63,955 nt of DNA, filler included, from Barthelona sp. PAP020 (GCA_040182905.1; 5 parts of 5 records of this genome joined end to end with filler, not necessarily neighbours in it); one strand, 5' to 3'. Counted from the whole stretch's first letter, positions 45,250-56,307 are shown. The notes: generated from the letters alone by a model not told the origin. Made by a program: numbers and translations.

Positions 45250-47490
45250 ATGATTTGGCCACAAGTATGGGCCTTAGTAAGGACTAATCTTTTATTATTC
45301 AAAAGAAAAGGCGCGTTTTTTGCGAGTTCCTTGTTTTTTCCAATATATTTTATTTTGATATTTATTGCAACTTCATTAAGTTATTCATATGTTCCAACTG
45401 TTCCTAATTTTAACAAAGTTTCAATTTATCCTCCTTTTAAAACAAATTGTCAAGTTTTTGTTTCACCTTGGAATTCAAATGAAGTAAATTCAACTTTAAA
45501 TATTTTATCAACTGAAAACCTGTGGTTTAGTAGTGATTCAGTAAAGTATTTTGCTACTTCTCAAAGTTTAAAGGAACATTTTAACAATGATACACAGATT
45601 TGCGGTTATATTACCTTTGATGATAATGTTAATAGTGTTGTTGGTGATGTTTCTTATGATTTTTATTACAGAGCAGCCAATGTGTCTTCCCTTGTGACAG
45701 TTGGGTCTGGTCATCTAGATATTATTGACAATGCCATACTTAGAGGTTTTAACAATGATCAAAAAAAGGTTGATATTGAAATGTACACAGTTACTGTTAA
45801 AAAACAACCCACATCTAAGCCTGCATACTTTGGTGCTACTTCAAGTATTCAATTTGTTATGTGTGTGTTGATGGGACCAATAGTTGTTGGAACATTTTTA
45901 TTGCAAAATAAGCAGATTGGACTAAGATCAGGATTAAGAGGGTTTGGTGCGAAAATTTCCTCTTATTTCATGTCATGGGCCTTGCCTCTTTTTGTCTATT
46001 GTTTCTTCTTTTTATTTGTGTTTAGCCTTTTGGGTTTATTGCTTTTTTCAGTGCCGTTCATATCTTTTATTGTTTTGGTTCTCTTGGGTTTGGGTTTGTC
46101 ATTATGGATTGTTGGGATTACGTTTTTTGCCACCAGTTTTGGCGCCAAAGTTGAAAGTGGAAGTGGTGTTTTGATGATAATTTTGATGCCTTGTTTATTA
46201 GGTGCTGGAATGTTAGGCACGTTTGGTTCTCTTCCAACAAAAATTTCAAACTTTTTCTTTATCTTGCCACCTTTTAGTCTCACTAGCTATTTAAGTATTT
46301 TAGGAACTGAAACAGCCACGGACATATTGTACATCATTTTTAAAGTAGTATCAACATTATTTGGAAGTTTCATTTGGCTATTATTAGGGCTTTGGAGGGA
46401 ATATACTCAAAAGACAGATAAGTCACCTTTAGCTAAGAATTTCTTTTTGCAAAAAGATTTTTGGATTGGTACTGATTTAGAATTTAATCATAATAGGCCG
46501 GCTCTTAGGGCTCATAACCTGGTTAAGACTTTTGATAATGAGGTAAAAGAAAGCAAAAAAAAAACCATCACTGCGCTCAATCATTTTGGTTTGGTCATTC
46601 CATCTGCTGAAGTTCTTGTTTTATTGGGACATAATGGATCTTCAAAAACAACATTTGTTAACTGTGTTCAGGGAATGATCACCCCTGATTCTGGAGAATT
46701 GGAAGTGTTTGGTGTTGATTGTTTGACACAAAGCGAAACATTGCGAAATTTTATCGGTATTTGTCCACAAGATGATATACTCTTTAACGATTTGACTATT
46801 TTAGAGCATATTTCACTTGTTGCGGGTCTAAAACAAATGAAAATTACTGAAGACCATGTGAATAATATTTTAGAGGATTTGGATCTTGTAGTGCACAAAA
46901 CAAAAGCACCAAAGGAATTATCTGGGGGTATGAAACGTAGATTATGCTTGACTTTGGCTTGTATGGGCAGTCCCAAGATTTTGTTATTGGATGAACCTTC
47001 TTCTGGCCTTGATCCTGCCAACAGAAGAAAGTTGTGGAAAGTGCTGCAACAAAAGAAAAGAGAAGGTGTATTTGTCATTTTAACCACCCATTATCTTGAA
47101 GAAGCAGAAGTGTTGGGAGATACCATTTGCATTATGAACAAAGGTCAAGTCCAAGCAAAGGGTACACTTTCTCAATTAAAGAAACAATTTGGATGTTCTT
47201 ATGAGTTGATGGTAAGTGTCCCAAGAGAGTTACAAAGGGACATTATTCAAATTGTGTCTCAAATTCAAGGGAATAAATTGGTGAAAGAAGACAGAGAGCA
47301 ATTAGTTTTTGACCTTCCTCTTTCAGAAATTACTTCATATTCTCAATTGTTCAGACAATTGAATGAGTACAAAACTCAAGGTGTTGACTATGGTTTGACA
47401 ACTCAAACATTGGAAGATATTTTCTTGCAATTAAATCCTATATTCCATTCACAAGATGTTGATGATGATGAAGCAAAAGATGATGAATGA
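45250..47490 (+). CDS. Half-size ABCA transporter (resembles the N-terminal half)
   Basis: Q..ALV..NLLL.KR start, TM helices, GHNGSSKTT, LSGGMKRRL, LDEPSSGLDP, TTHYLEEAE.LGD, TLEDIFL. Confidence 0.93.
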   Translation: MIWPQVWALVRTNLLLFKRKGAFFASSLFFPIYFILIFIATSLSYSYVPTVPNFNKVSIYPPFKTNCQVFVSPWNSNEVNSTLNILSTENLWFSSDSVKYFATSQSLKEHFNNDTQICGYITFDDNVNSVVGDVSYDFYYRAANVSSLVTVGSGHLDIIDNAILRGFNNDQKKVDIEMYTVTVKKQPTSKPAYFGATSSIQFVMCVLMGPIVVGTFLLQNKQIGLRSGLRGFGAKISSYFMSWALPLFVYCFFFLFVFSLLGLLLFSVPFISFIVLVLLGLGLSLWIVGITFFATSFGAKVESGSGVLMIILMPCLLGAGMLGTFGSLPTKISNFFFILPPFSLTSYLSILGTETATDILYIIFKVVSTLFGSFIWLLLGLWREYTQKTDKSPLAKNFFLQKDFWIGTDLEFNHNRPALRAHNLVKTFDNEVKESKKKTITALNHFGLVIPSAEVLVLLGHNGSSKTTFVNCVQGMITPDSGELEVFGVDCLTQSETLRNFIGICPQDDILFNDLTILEHISLVAGLKQMKITEDHVNNILEDLDLVVHKTKAPKELSGGMKRRLCLTLACMGSPKILLLDEPSSGLDPANRRKLWKVLQQKKREGVFVILTTHYLEEAEVLGDTICIMNKGQVQAKGTLSQLKKQFGCSYELMVSVPRELQRDIIQIVSQIQGNKLVKEDREQLVFDLPLSEITSYSQLFRQLNEYKTQGVDYGLTTQTLEDIFLQLNPIFHSQDVDDDEAKDDE

Positions 47491-47670
47491 GGAATTTTAT
47501 CATTTTTTAAATAAATATCCATACTTTGAAGTTTTATTCACTCTGTGTTTTTTTTTATTCCCCATTATTTTTTTGGTTATTTTTTTTTGATATTCTTTGT
47601 GTTTTTGATTGATAAATTGAAAAAAAAAAATTCACCCTTTTGTTCAAAAATCAATATTTTTTGACATGTA

Positions 47671-48954
47671 ATGTCTGTCAATATAATTGAGCCTAATGGA
47701 ACTCCGATTCAATGCTTTGCACCAACTAGGGATTCGCTATCAGATTCAAAAATGTTGATTTTGACCGATGCTGGAATTCAGAGTAATTATTTGTCATATC
47801 ATTTTTTAATAAGAACTGAAGATGGAGAATTTATAGCCAATCTTGATAAAGCTCCTGATAACAATGTGGTTATATTGAGAAGAATGTTTTTTGTATTTCC
47901 AATGATGAATTTTATTAAAGACCCAGATATTCAATTTCTAATGCGACAACTATGTTTTGATCTTATTGAAACACCGTATCCATTTCCCAAACCAATTTTT
48001 TTGAGATTATTTGGTATTTCTATGCAATTACGATTGTATAAATGTGATAATGAACAAGAATTTTTGGATAAGTATTTGCCTAAAAGGTATAAGGAAGATA
48101 AAATTAGTTTTGATTGGTGGAAAAATGTTACTCGCACGTATAATGATTATGAAGGTTCATCTAAGGACAGTCTTCTCGATATTTTCATGGAAACGTATCG
48201 TTATACGTTGCAATTATCTTATATGGACTCCAAATATTCTATTTTTGGTTGCAGATGTTTTGAAGTTGAAGTTTTGGATATTGATTATCCTGATCGTCTA
48301 CTTTGGATTGGAGGACCCGATGTTATTCTCACTGACTCTAGTGGCACCCAAATAGATAAGGCTTTGCGTTTGTGGAATGATCTGTGGATTAATTTGACTG
48401 AAGATTATTTGTATCTTGGTCGTAGTAAAAATGTTTCAAGAGAAAATGGTATGTTACTGAAAATTGGTGCGCATGAGACAAAGAAAAGGAGATTAGCCAT
48501 GATTCAAGATGTGGAAGATATGTTAATTTCAACTATGGAGCAATATGAGGCTATGCGTGTTCAATATTCCAGAAGAACAAAAAAAATAGAGAAAGACAAT
48601 TCCATTTTGTTCATGTGTTATTTGTATTATTCACCAAATGGGTATTCTTGGCAAGAAATTGGTATTTTGCTGCAGGATAATCTTTTAACATTGGTAGAAT
48701 TTCCTAAAAGAGAGGTAATTGTTGCTTCTATTGTGTTATCATCCATACAACGTTGGGAATATAGTTCTACCCAATTTGTTATTTATTTAGTCAATCAAAA
48801 TGAAACTCAATATCGTTTTATTACAAGGTTTGGCAAGCAAATTAGTGATGCATTGTTTGTCATTGTACAAGAGTTTATTGTTACTTTAGAAAAAGAAAGT
48901 TTTAGTTACAGTTTCAATACCAAAAGTACTGATAGTTTAAATAATGAGAATTAG
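47671..48954 (+). CDS. FERM-domain protein (talin/kindlin-like F2-F3)
   Basis: F2-like helical region (YLPK...W...IFG..CFEV) and F3/PH-like IQRWEYSSTQF...GKQISD. Confidence 0.6.
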   Translation: MSVNIIEPNGTPIQCFAPTRDSLSDSKMLILTDAGIQSNYLSYHFLIRTEDGEFIANLDKAPDNNVVILRRMFFVFPMMNFIKDPDIQFLMRQLCFDLIETPYPFPKPIFLRLFGISMQLRLYKCDNEQEFLDKYLPKRYKEDKISFDWWKNVTRTYNDYEGSSKDSLLDIFMETYRYTLQLSYMDSKYSIFGCRCFEVEVLDIDYPDRLLWIGGPDVILTDSSGTQIDKALRLWNDLWINLTEDYLYLGRSKNVSRENGMLLKIGAHETKKRRLAMIQDVEDMLISTMEQYEAMRVQYSRRTKKIEKDNSILFMCYLYYSPNGYSWQEIGILLQDNLLTLVEFPKREVIVASIVLSSIQRWEYSSTQFVIYLVNQNETQYRFITRFGKQISDALFVIVQEFIVTLEKESFSYSFNTKSTDSLNNEN

Positions 48955-49211
48955 CTTGTAAATATAATATATAAATTAAAAACACTATTTATATGATTTT
49001 TTATTTATTTATGATGTGAGAAAGTTTAAAAGTGAGAAGGGATTTCAATATTTGACATTTTTGATTTTTTTCAATTGGTATTGCAAACTTTTCATTCTCT
49101 TTTATTGATGTTTAATTTATGTGCAACATAAATCCATAAAAAAAAATTAAAAAAAAGCTACCTTGTCAAAGAAAACAAAACTTTCTTTATTCTATCACTT
49201 ACTTGAAATTT

Positions 49212-50486
49212 ATGACATATTTTGACACTGAGAAACGAGAATTAATTAAAGAGAATTTTGCAAAAGAAATTGACGTGCTATCAATTATTGTGCCAAATTC
49301 AGAGACAAAAAAGGTTTTGGATTTGGTTAAATCTTTTGATTATTTATATATACAAAAAAATATCAAATCAGTTGAAGCATTTGACAAAGATAATAAAAGA
49401 ATAATATTAAAATCACACCTAGTATCCAATACAAATGATTTATTAGTTAATTTAAATGATTCTTTTCAAGAATCATTAGCTGATTATGAACATTTCTTTG
49501 AAAAAACGAAAATAACCCTTAAATATGATGATTTGACTTTACAACAAGTCTTTAGACTTATATTACCTTCTGATGTACAACCAATTACTTCTTTTGAAAC
49601 AATAGGCCATATTATTCATTTGAATTTGACAAATGATTTATTACCATTCAAATACTTGATTGGTCAAGTGTTTTTAGATAAAAATCCAAGATTTTCAATA
49701 GTTGTAAATAAAAATGGTTCTATTACTAATGAATTCAGGGTTTTACCAATGGAAGTCATTGCCTCAAGGAATTCGGATGTTTCGATGGTTGTTATGGTTC
49801 GTGAACATGGTTTTACATTTGAATTCGATTTCGAAAGAGTCTATTGGAATTCGAGACTTTCAAATGCCCACAGATTGGTTGTTGATAAAGTTTCTGAAGG
49901 TGATATTGTTTGGGATGTTACTGCTGGTGTTGGTCCCTTTTCTGTACCATTGGCCAGTAAAGGAGCTATTGTTTTTGCCAATGATTTGAATCCATGCAGT
50001 TATCAATATCTTTTGAAAAATTTGAAAAGAAATGTTGTTAATTTTCACTCAAACCATTGTTTTAATTTGGATGCTTATGAATTTATGAGGTGTAAAGCTG
50101 CTCAAGGGCCTCAACCAGATCATATAATTTTTAATTTGCCAGAAAGATCTGTTGAATTTTGTTCAGCTTTATTTAAGTTATTAGATGTACCAGCTCTTGT
50201 GCATGTGTATGCTTTTTCTTCAGCTCTTAATGCATGTCAAGATATTGTGGTAAAAATTGCTGAACAACTTAAAATTGATGATTACACAGAAATTGAAGTG
50301 ATACAGCAATCAGAGTTGCGTAAAGTAACACCTATTAAGACATATTGTTATGTTTGTTTCAGAATACCCCAATGTTGTTTGAGAAGACAGTATGTTCCTT
50401 TGAAAAGGGATAATTCCTCCAACCTTGAGGATGTTTTGGGTGACTCCAGTGATAAATTGAACATTGAAGACGATTCTGATTTTTGA
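49212..50486 (+). CDS. TRM5: tRNA (guanine-37-N1)-methyltransferase Trm5
   Basis: FETIGHIIHLNL, VVNK...I.NEFR, VYWNSRL, AGVGPF, ANDLNP, NLP. Confidence 0.95.
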   Translation: MTYFDTEKRELIKENFAKEIDVLSIIVPNSETKKVLDLVKSFDYLYIQKNIKSVEAFDKDNKRIILKSHLVSNTNDLLVNLNDSFQESLADYEHFFEKTKITLKYDDLTLQQVFRLILPSDVQPITSFETIGHIIHLNLTNDLLPFKYLIGQVFLDKNPRFSIVVNKNGSITNEFRVLPMEVIASRNSDVSMVVMVREHGFTFEFDFERVYWNSRLSNAHRLVVDKVSEGDIVWDVTAGVGPFSVPLASKGAIVFANDLNPCSYQYLLKNLKRNVVNFHSNHCFNLDAYEFMRCKAAQGPQPDHIIFNLPERSVEFCSALFKLLDVPALVHVYAFSSALNACQDIVVKIAEQLKIDDYTEIEVIQQSELRKVTPIKTYCYVCFRIPQCCLRRQYVPLKRDNSSNLEDVLGDSSDKLNIEDDSDF

Positions 50487-50934
50487 TGTAAAGTTTTACT
50501 CAGTTTTTTTTTTGTTTTGTTTGTGAAAAATAAAAAAAGAGAAGTTAAAAAGAGGTCAATTTTATCGATTGGTCTTTTCCTATCTTCCTTTTTCTCAAAT
50601 ACGTAACTTCGTCATTATTTTCCTCCAAATTTTTGACCTTTTGCAAGTGAACTGCAAAAAATCTTGAATTTTTCAGAAAAGTTTCAAGAAAAGATCATGG
50701 CATCTGGCTCTTACGAACATTTGGAAGTCAAAAATTTTAGCATGCTGCATATGAAAGCTATCCCCGGTGGTATCCAATGAAAGAGTTGAGACAAAGTTCC
50801 TAAAAGGACTGTTGTTTCAGCTATGAATGAAGATGAAGGTTTATTCATGCAAAGAAAAAACAATATAAAACCTCAAAATTTACACAAGTCTTTTTTACTT
50901 GATGAAAAAAATAAACTAAAGATGACAAACTATT

Positions 50935-52521
50935 CTAGGGTTGGCATCTATCGGGAGTCCTGCAATAAAGACATACATCACGAATAAATTCTTGTTTCAA
51001 TATGTATTGTAAGAATCTTTCAAAACCAAGACCCCAACCACCATGAGGACAACTTCCATATCTTCTTTGATCAATATACCAATAATAAGTTTCAGGATCA
51101 ATGTGTTCACGTTCATATCCTTTCAATAATTCTTCTTCATCCCAACATCTCATGGAACCTCCAATAATTTCACCAACACCAGGTACACAAAGGTCAACAG
51201 ATTGTGTGCATTCTGCATCATCTTCACATTCAGGCATATAGAAAGGTTTGAGAGATTTGGGGAATTTCATCAACATAACGGGTCTACCAATTGTATCGAT
51301 CATGAATCTTTCTTGCTTTTCAGCAATATCATCACCAAATTCGAAAGGAGTACCATCATCTTTCAAAACATTACGTTCGTTTAACCATTCAATAGCTTCA
51401 CGATATGGCAATCTGAGGAAAGGACGTTCAGGAACCTTGAAATCAGGATTCAAAATTTTAACATCTGCCAACAAGGCAGGATCTGCTGCAATCATTTCAA
51501 AGACGGAAACGATTTGATCTTCCAAAGTTTCTAACAATTCGTCAAAAGTGATGAAAGGTCTTTCACCTTCTAAATGAGTGAATTCAGTAACATGACGTTT
51601 AGTGAATGACTTTTCAGCACGATATGATGGCATGATACAAAAACTGTCTCCAAGGAAAGGAATGGTGGTTTCTAAATATAATTGAGATGATTGAGTGAGA
51701 TAAGCCTTTTGATCATAATAATCAACATTGAAAAGAGTTGATCCTCCTTCAACTTGTGTTTGAACAAGAGTAGGGGGTGTAATCTCTTGATATCCCTTTC
51801 CATAAAAGTGTTTTCTGAATAAGAATAGAATTTGGGATCTTAACTTCATAACTAAGGCAGCCTTTGTTCCTCTGACAAAAAGATGTCTGTGTTTCATTCG
51901 TTGATCAACACCAGAATCTTGGTTGACAATTTGCTCAATATCATTAGGTGCTAAACCAATCAATTTCCAATAATCACAAACCAATTCAAATCCACCATCT
52001 GCTCTTTCGTCAGCATTAACTGTACCAATTATTTCAACAGAAGATTCTAAAGTTAATCTCAAGGCGTCAAAGCATCTGGCAACATCACCGCTTAAAACAG
52101 TTTGTAAATAACCAGTACCATCACGTAAAGTGACAAAAAGTAATTGTTTTGAAGATCTTCTCAATCTATGAACCCAACCTCTTATGGAGACTCTTTGATC
52201 ACAATGTTTGGAAACGTCACGAATTTTAATAGTGGAATATTTAGGTTCAGGACTCAATTCTAAAACTATTGATTTGGATTCTTCCAATAATCTTTGTTCT
52301 TTCTCTGCAGAAGCAATATCTTTTGCTTTTTGTTGTTTAAGTTTCTTTTGAATACCGAAGAGTTTTTTTGAAAATTTCTTGCTTTGTGATTTTGAGATTT
52401 CATCATCCGACTTGGCATTATATTCGGTGACAAATTTGGATAACAATTCTTCAACATCTTGATCTTCAAAATCACCAAGAGAAATAACATATTCTTCAAA
52501 TTCTTGAGCTGCAGTGGCCAT
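50935..52521 (-). CDS. NARS1: Cytosolic asparaginyl-tRNA synthetase
   Basis: GWVHRLR, LRDGTGYLQ, QTQVEGGSTLF, YLTQSSQLYLE, GVGEIIGGSMR, PHGG.GLG.ER. Confidence 0.96.
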   Translation of the reverse strand: MATAAQEFEEYVISLGDFEDQDVEELLSKFVTEYNAKSDDEISKSQSKKFSKKLFGIQKKLKQQKAKDIASAEKEQRLLEESKSIVLELSPEPKYSTIKIRDVSKHCDQRVSIRGWVHRLRRSSKQLLFVTLRDGTGYLQTVLSGDVARCFDALRLTLESSVEIIGTVNADERADGGFELVCDYWKLIGLAPNDIEQIVNQDSGVDQRMKHRHLFVRGTKAALVMKLRSQILFLFRKHFYGKGYQEITPPTLVQTQVEGGSTLFNVDYYDQKAYLTQSSQLYLETTIPFLGDSFCIMPSYRAEKSFTKRHVTEFTHLEGERPFITFDELLETLEDQIVSVFEMIAADPALLADVKILNPDFKVPERPFLRLPYREAIEWLNERNVLKDDGTPFEFGDDIAEKQERFMIDTIGRPVMLMKFPKSLKPFYMPECEDDAECTQSVDLCVPGVGEIIGGSMRCWDEEELLKGYEREHIDPETYYWYIDQRRYGSCPHGGWGLGFERFLQYILKQEFIRDVCLYCRTPDRCQP

Positions 52522-52795
52522 ATTATATTATATTATTAAAAATAATAACTGAAATAAAATAATTTAATCTAAAAAGAATTGATAATTTCCAATAAATTTT
52601 ATCAATATATTTAATTTGTCATAAGTGCTTATTCATGTTTTAGTGTGAAAATATAAAACATAACATTAATTAAAACCAAAATCAAACAACATATTAACTT
52701 TATTTTAAACTTGTATGATAAAACGCTTCATATCCAACACATATAAATAATAATAACTAAGAAAAGATTTATACAAAAACAATATTTACTAACTT

Positions 52796-55700
52796 TTAAC
52801 TTTTGGATAATATTGACCTATTAACCTTTTGGAATATTCTAGTCTTTTCTACACCATAAATTTTGACGAATTTTTCTTTTCCTTGACTGAAATTATTGGA
52901 AGGCAATTGTCTGAACAATTCACAAATATTTTCAAATTCTTCACTGATATTATTGGAATTCAGATGGGAAGTTGATGTTCTTAACAAAGGACCAACGTGA
53001 GATTTGATAACATTCAAATCCATATAAAGCTTTTGACATATTACAGCATTCATATTTAAGAAAATTGGTTCATTCTTTGGTAAGAAAATTTCTGTAATTA
53101 AAGAAACATAATTCAAAAAGATGAAAGTACGATCTTTTTCGGTGCATAAATCCAAGACGTTTTTTTTCAAGTCATTTAAGAATTCAATAAAGTCATCAAC
53201 AACAAATTGGTCTGCGCTCATTAAATCAATAGATTGAACGTTATTTAATACTTCATTGAGACCCTTAATCAATTTTTTAGAAGTTTGTTGTCTTAGATTG
53301 GTTCGAACCAACAACAAAATACGATTAATATTATGTTCAAAAGATGGAATGAAAGTTTGAAAATGGTGAGCAAAAACTTCTTTTGCTTTTCTTGTTTCAA
53401 CATCAAAAATTGACTTAGATTTTGAATTCCAAGACAGCATTGAGATTGAATCTGAATCTGAATTAGTGATAGCATGGGAATGAGAAGAAGGAGCATTTGA
53501 ACCATTAAATGCTGAATTTGATTGACTGAGAGAATCAGATAAATTCAAAGTCGATAAAGAAGTTGAAAATCCATAACTGATACGTTTAGATTGAAGATGT
53601 TTTGATTTTTGAAAGATTTTTGTTTTCAGGAAATCTGTCATTTCAATAACTATAATATTCAACTTATTCTTTACCTTAATTAGTTCAATTAATGTGGTAG
53701 TTGACAAATGTCTATCTTTATTAGTATAATGTCTCTTTTTAGCATTTTCAATTTCAAACTCTAAATCTTTGAATTGACATATAATTTGCTGATATTCATC
53801 ATCAGTCATCATGTTTGAATTTTTAAACAATAGATTTTGATACTTGATAATTAGAGTGGATATTTCTTCTTCATTAAAGGTATTACTCAAATACATGTGT
53901 TCAACACTATCTTTTTCAACTTTGCTCAAATACATGGCCAAAAAAGTTAAGGTTTTTTGCATCAAAGTGTCCTTTGTCCATTCCATAATATTACTTATCA
54001 ATAAAGGTGTTTTCAACAGACAAGTAGAGAAGAACATAATATGGATAGCAAAATTGGTGAGTATTACGGTAATATCATTGTGATCAATCTTCTGTGAATC
54101 GTACTCGTTTATTTTTTCAACTATCATCTTCTTTTCATTGTCATAAAAACCATCAAGTATCATTGAATCTAAAGCTTTATTCCAGAAAATGTTGTTTTTT
54201 TCTTTTAATTTTAAATTTTTGATAAATTTTCTGAAAGAATAATCTAACTCCAATAAAATTTTGGAAGTAGGTTGAAATAATTTAGGTATTACATTGGTTC
54301 TTTTATTATTAACAACTCTAAACTGAGTTTGATGCAAAATGGGTATGTTAAACATGGGTAAACTGGGTTTAACTTTCTTATGCTTGATCAAAAAGGGTGC
54401 AACAGACAAAGTATTCTTCTGTACTTCTTTAAAATGCACAATTGATTTTCCATGAATTGATAAGAACTCTAATAGGACTATGATCATGTTTTCTTTGATA
54501 CTACCGATATCAAAAGGTAATTTCAAATACTCAATGATACAAGATTGAAGAAATTCAAAACGGTAAATCACTAAACGTGCCTTTTTAAATATTTTGTCAA
54601 AACATTCACATATATACTTGATGGATTCATCTGAGTTAACATCTTCAAAATCTTCAAAGTTAAACATTTCTTCTTCAACTGTATGAACCAACAATGAAAT
54701 AACTTTTTGCTTTGTTAAAGCCTCTTTCATTGTATCTAAAAAAATTTCCACATAATTAGGTTGTGTAGTTGTCGTTGTATTAGCCTTTTTCGAATTTAAT
54801 GCTAAGTTTTTTGCAGCTTCTAAATTCTCCACAGATTTAACACACATCAGAATGAACAACCATGGATTATCAATCTTTAGATCCAATTCGAAGTTAGTTT
54901 GTTCAAGATTATGTAATTCTGGTGGTTTTTCTCGCACAACAACATGATCTGACTTAACTTCATTGATGAAAAACAATTTTTCAATGATAGCTTTAGCAAT
55001 ATCTACTCCTGCTACGTTAGACATTTGACTCACATGCTGATACAAATGTTTAGAAATGTTTCGATTCTCTCTCTTGATTTCATCAAATTTATCTAGCACA
55101 GGACGCAAATTTTTCGAAAAGTAAAAATAATTACGATTTTTCCATGCTTCTTCTAATTTTTTCAATTGTTCAATAACTTCATCAGTGGCCTCTTGACTAG
55201 CAATAAACTGTTTTTCTACTTCAATTTCATTTGCCAAATCAACAATTCGATGTAAATCTTCTTTTCGATCAAAAACTGCCTTCACTTCCAATAAATCTTC
55301 AGACAATGAAGATATTGTCTCATGTATCTCATAGATACTTTTCTGACTCACATTAAAATGTTCTTCTCCCAATTTTATATTTTGAGTGACAGTTTTATCA
55401 TTCAAAATATTCTCCATTACTTCATCCAATTTTCCTTCAAATTCATCCAAATTTTCTTGAAAATTTCGATATTCTTCATCATTTTGAAGCTTTTTTGCTA
55501 ATAAAGAAAAAGCATCGAAATCTTCATGTAATAATGGTTCTTGAAGTGGATCATCAGAAAGTTCTTGTAAAAAACCACTAACACTCTGATCAATTTTTAA
55601 ATTTTTATATCCACCAATTCCAACAATAGGATTCTTTACTCGAGAATTGGGTCTAGGCTTAATACTCTTGGAATTCCTATTACTGTTAAAAGTGTTACTA

Positions 55701-55882
55701 TTAGATCTCATTTTTGAAACATTAGGTCTGGTATTGATATTTTCAGCAGTAGTAGCAGTAGGTTGAATTATTATTCTTGGTTGAATTGTGACTTGATCAT
55801 CTAATTGAGGTCTTGTAAATCGTGAACTCTTTCTTTTTCTACTATCTCTTGATAAATTTAATCGTGGATTTCCAATATTCAT
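52796..55882 (-). CDS. Exocyst subunit Sec8/EXOC4-like
   Basis: N-terminal coiled coil (LDEVMENIL...EDLLEVK...LEEAWKNRNY) and C-terminal RILLLVR..LR / FIF.....I..I / QKLY.DL.VI pattern resemble Sec8. Confidence 0.6.
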   Translation of the reverse strand: MNIGNPRLNLSRDSRKRKSSRFTRPQLDDQVTIQPRIIIQPTATTAENINTRPNVSKMRSNSNTFNSNRNSKSIKPRPNSRVKNPIVGIGGYKNLKIDQSVSGFLQELSDDPLQEPLLHEDFDAFSLLAKKLQNDEEYRNFQENLDEFEGKLDEVMENILNDKTVTQNIKLGEEHFNVSQKSIYEIHETISSLSEDLLEVKAVFDRKEDLHRIVDLANEIEVEKQFIASQEATDEVIEQLKKLEEAWKNRNYFYFSKNLRPVLDKFDEIKRENRNISKHLYQHVSQMSNVAGVDIAKAIIEKLFFINEVKSDHVVVREKPPELHNLEQTNFELDLKIDNPWLFILMCVKSVENLEAAKNLALNSKKANTTTTTQPNYVEIFLDTMKEALTKQKVISLLVHTVEEEMFNFEDFEDVNSDESIKYICECFDKIFKKARLVIYRFEFLQSCIIEYLKLPFDIGSIKENMIIVLLEFLSIHGKSIVHFKEVQKNTLSVAPFLIKHKKVKPSLPMFNIPILHQTQFRVVNNKRTNVIPKLFQPTSKILLELDYSFRKFIKNLKLKEKNNIFWNKALDSMILDGFYDNEKKMIVEKINEYDSQKIDHNDITVILTNFAIHIMFFSTCLLKTPLLISNIMEWTKDTLMQKTLTFLAMYLSKVEKDSVEHMYLSNTFNEEEISTLIIKYQNLLFKNSNMMTDDEYQQIICQFKDLEFEIENAKKRHYTNKDRHLSTTTLIELIKVKNKLNIIVIEMTDFLKTKIFQKSKHLQSKRISYGFSTSLSTLNLSDSLSQSNSAFNGSNAPSSHSHAITNSDSDSISMLSWNSKSKSIFDVETRKAKEVFAHHFQTFIPSFEHNINRILLLVRTNLRQQTSKKLIKGLNEVLNNVQSIDLMSADQFVVDDFIEFLNDLKKNVLDLCTEKDRTFIFLNYVSLITEIFLPKNEPIFLNMNAVICQKLYMDLNVIKSHVGPLLRTSTSHLNSNNISEEFENICELFRQLPSNNFSQGKEKFVKIYGVEKTRIFQKVNRSILSKS

Positions 55883-56047
55883 TAGAAAAAAAAAATCCTT
55901 TGGAAATAGAAGAATTTTTTTTTTTACATTAAATGCTCACAATGAATTGTATCATTTAAATATCAGCATTATTTTTATTTGAATAAAGTATGGAAGCAAA
56001 CTAAAAAATATTCATTTTTTTTTTTCAAATAATTTTTATTATTTAAT

Positions 56048-56207
56048 ATGAAAGGTTGGTTTCACAAGGATATCGAAGCATCTCGCCGCAAACTGTTATA
56101 TTTATTGCAAACGGAAGAAGAAGAATATTCGAAGAGATTGCAAAACATAATTCCATCAACTGAACAACGCCAAAATGAATTGAAGCTAAAAGCTGAACGT
56201 TTAAAAA
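56048..56207 (+). CDS. Partial (5' end) CFAP53-like coiled-coil protein
   Basis: RRKLLYLLQTEEEEY...LKAERLK resembles the CFAP53 pattern RR.KL.ELL..EE..Y; truncated by the linker. Confidence 0.45.
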
Positions 56208-56307
56208 NNNNNNNNNNNNNNNNNNNNNNNNNNNNNNNNNNNNNNNNNNNNTTAATTAATTAANNNNNNNNNNNNNNNNNNNNNNNNNNNNNNNNNNNNN
56301 NNNNNNN
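56208..56307. other. Artificial contig linker
   Basis: N44-TTAATTAATTAA-N44. Confidence 0.98.

Noticed and set aside
50778..50789. Genome-wide stop-codon reassignment
   Set aside because: TGA (PSMA5, Trm5, EB1), TAG (aldolase, AsnRS) and TAA (RPS26) all end conserved genes at plausible positions
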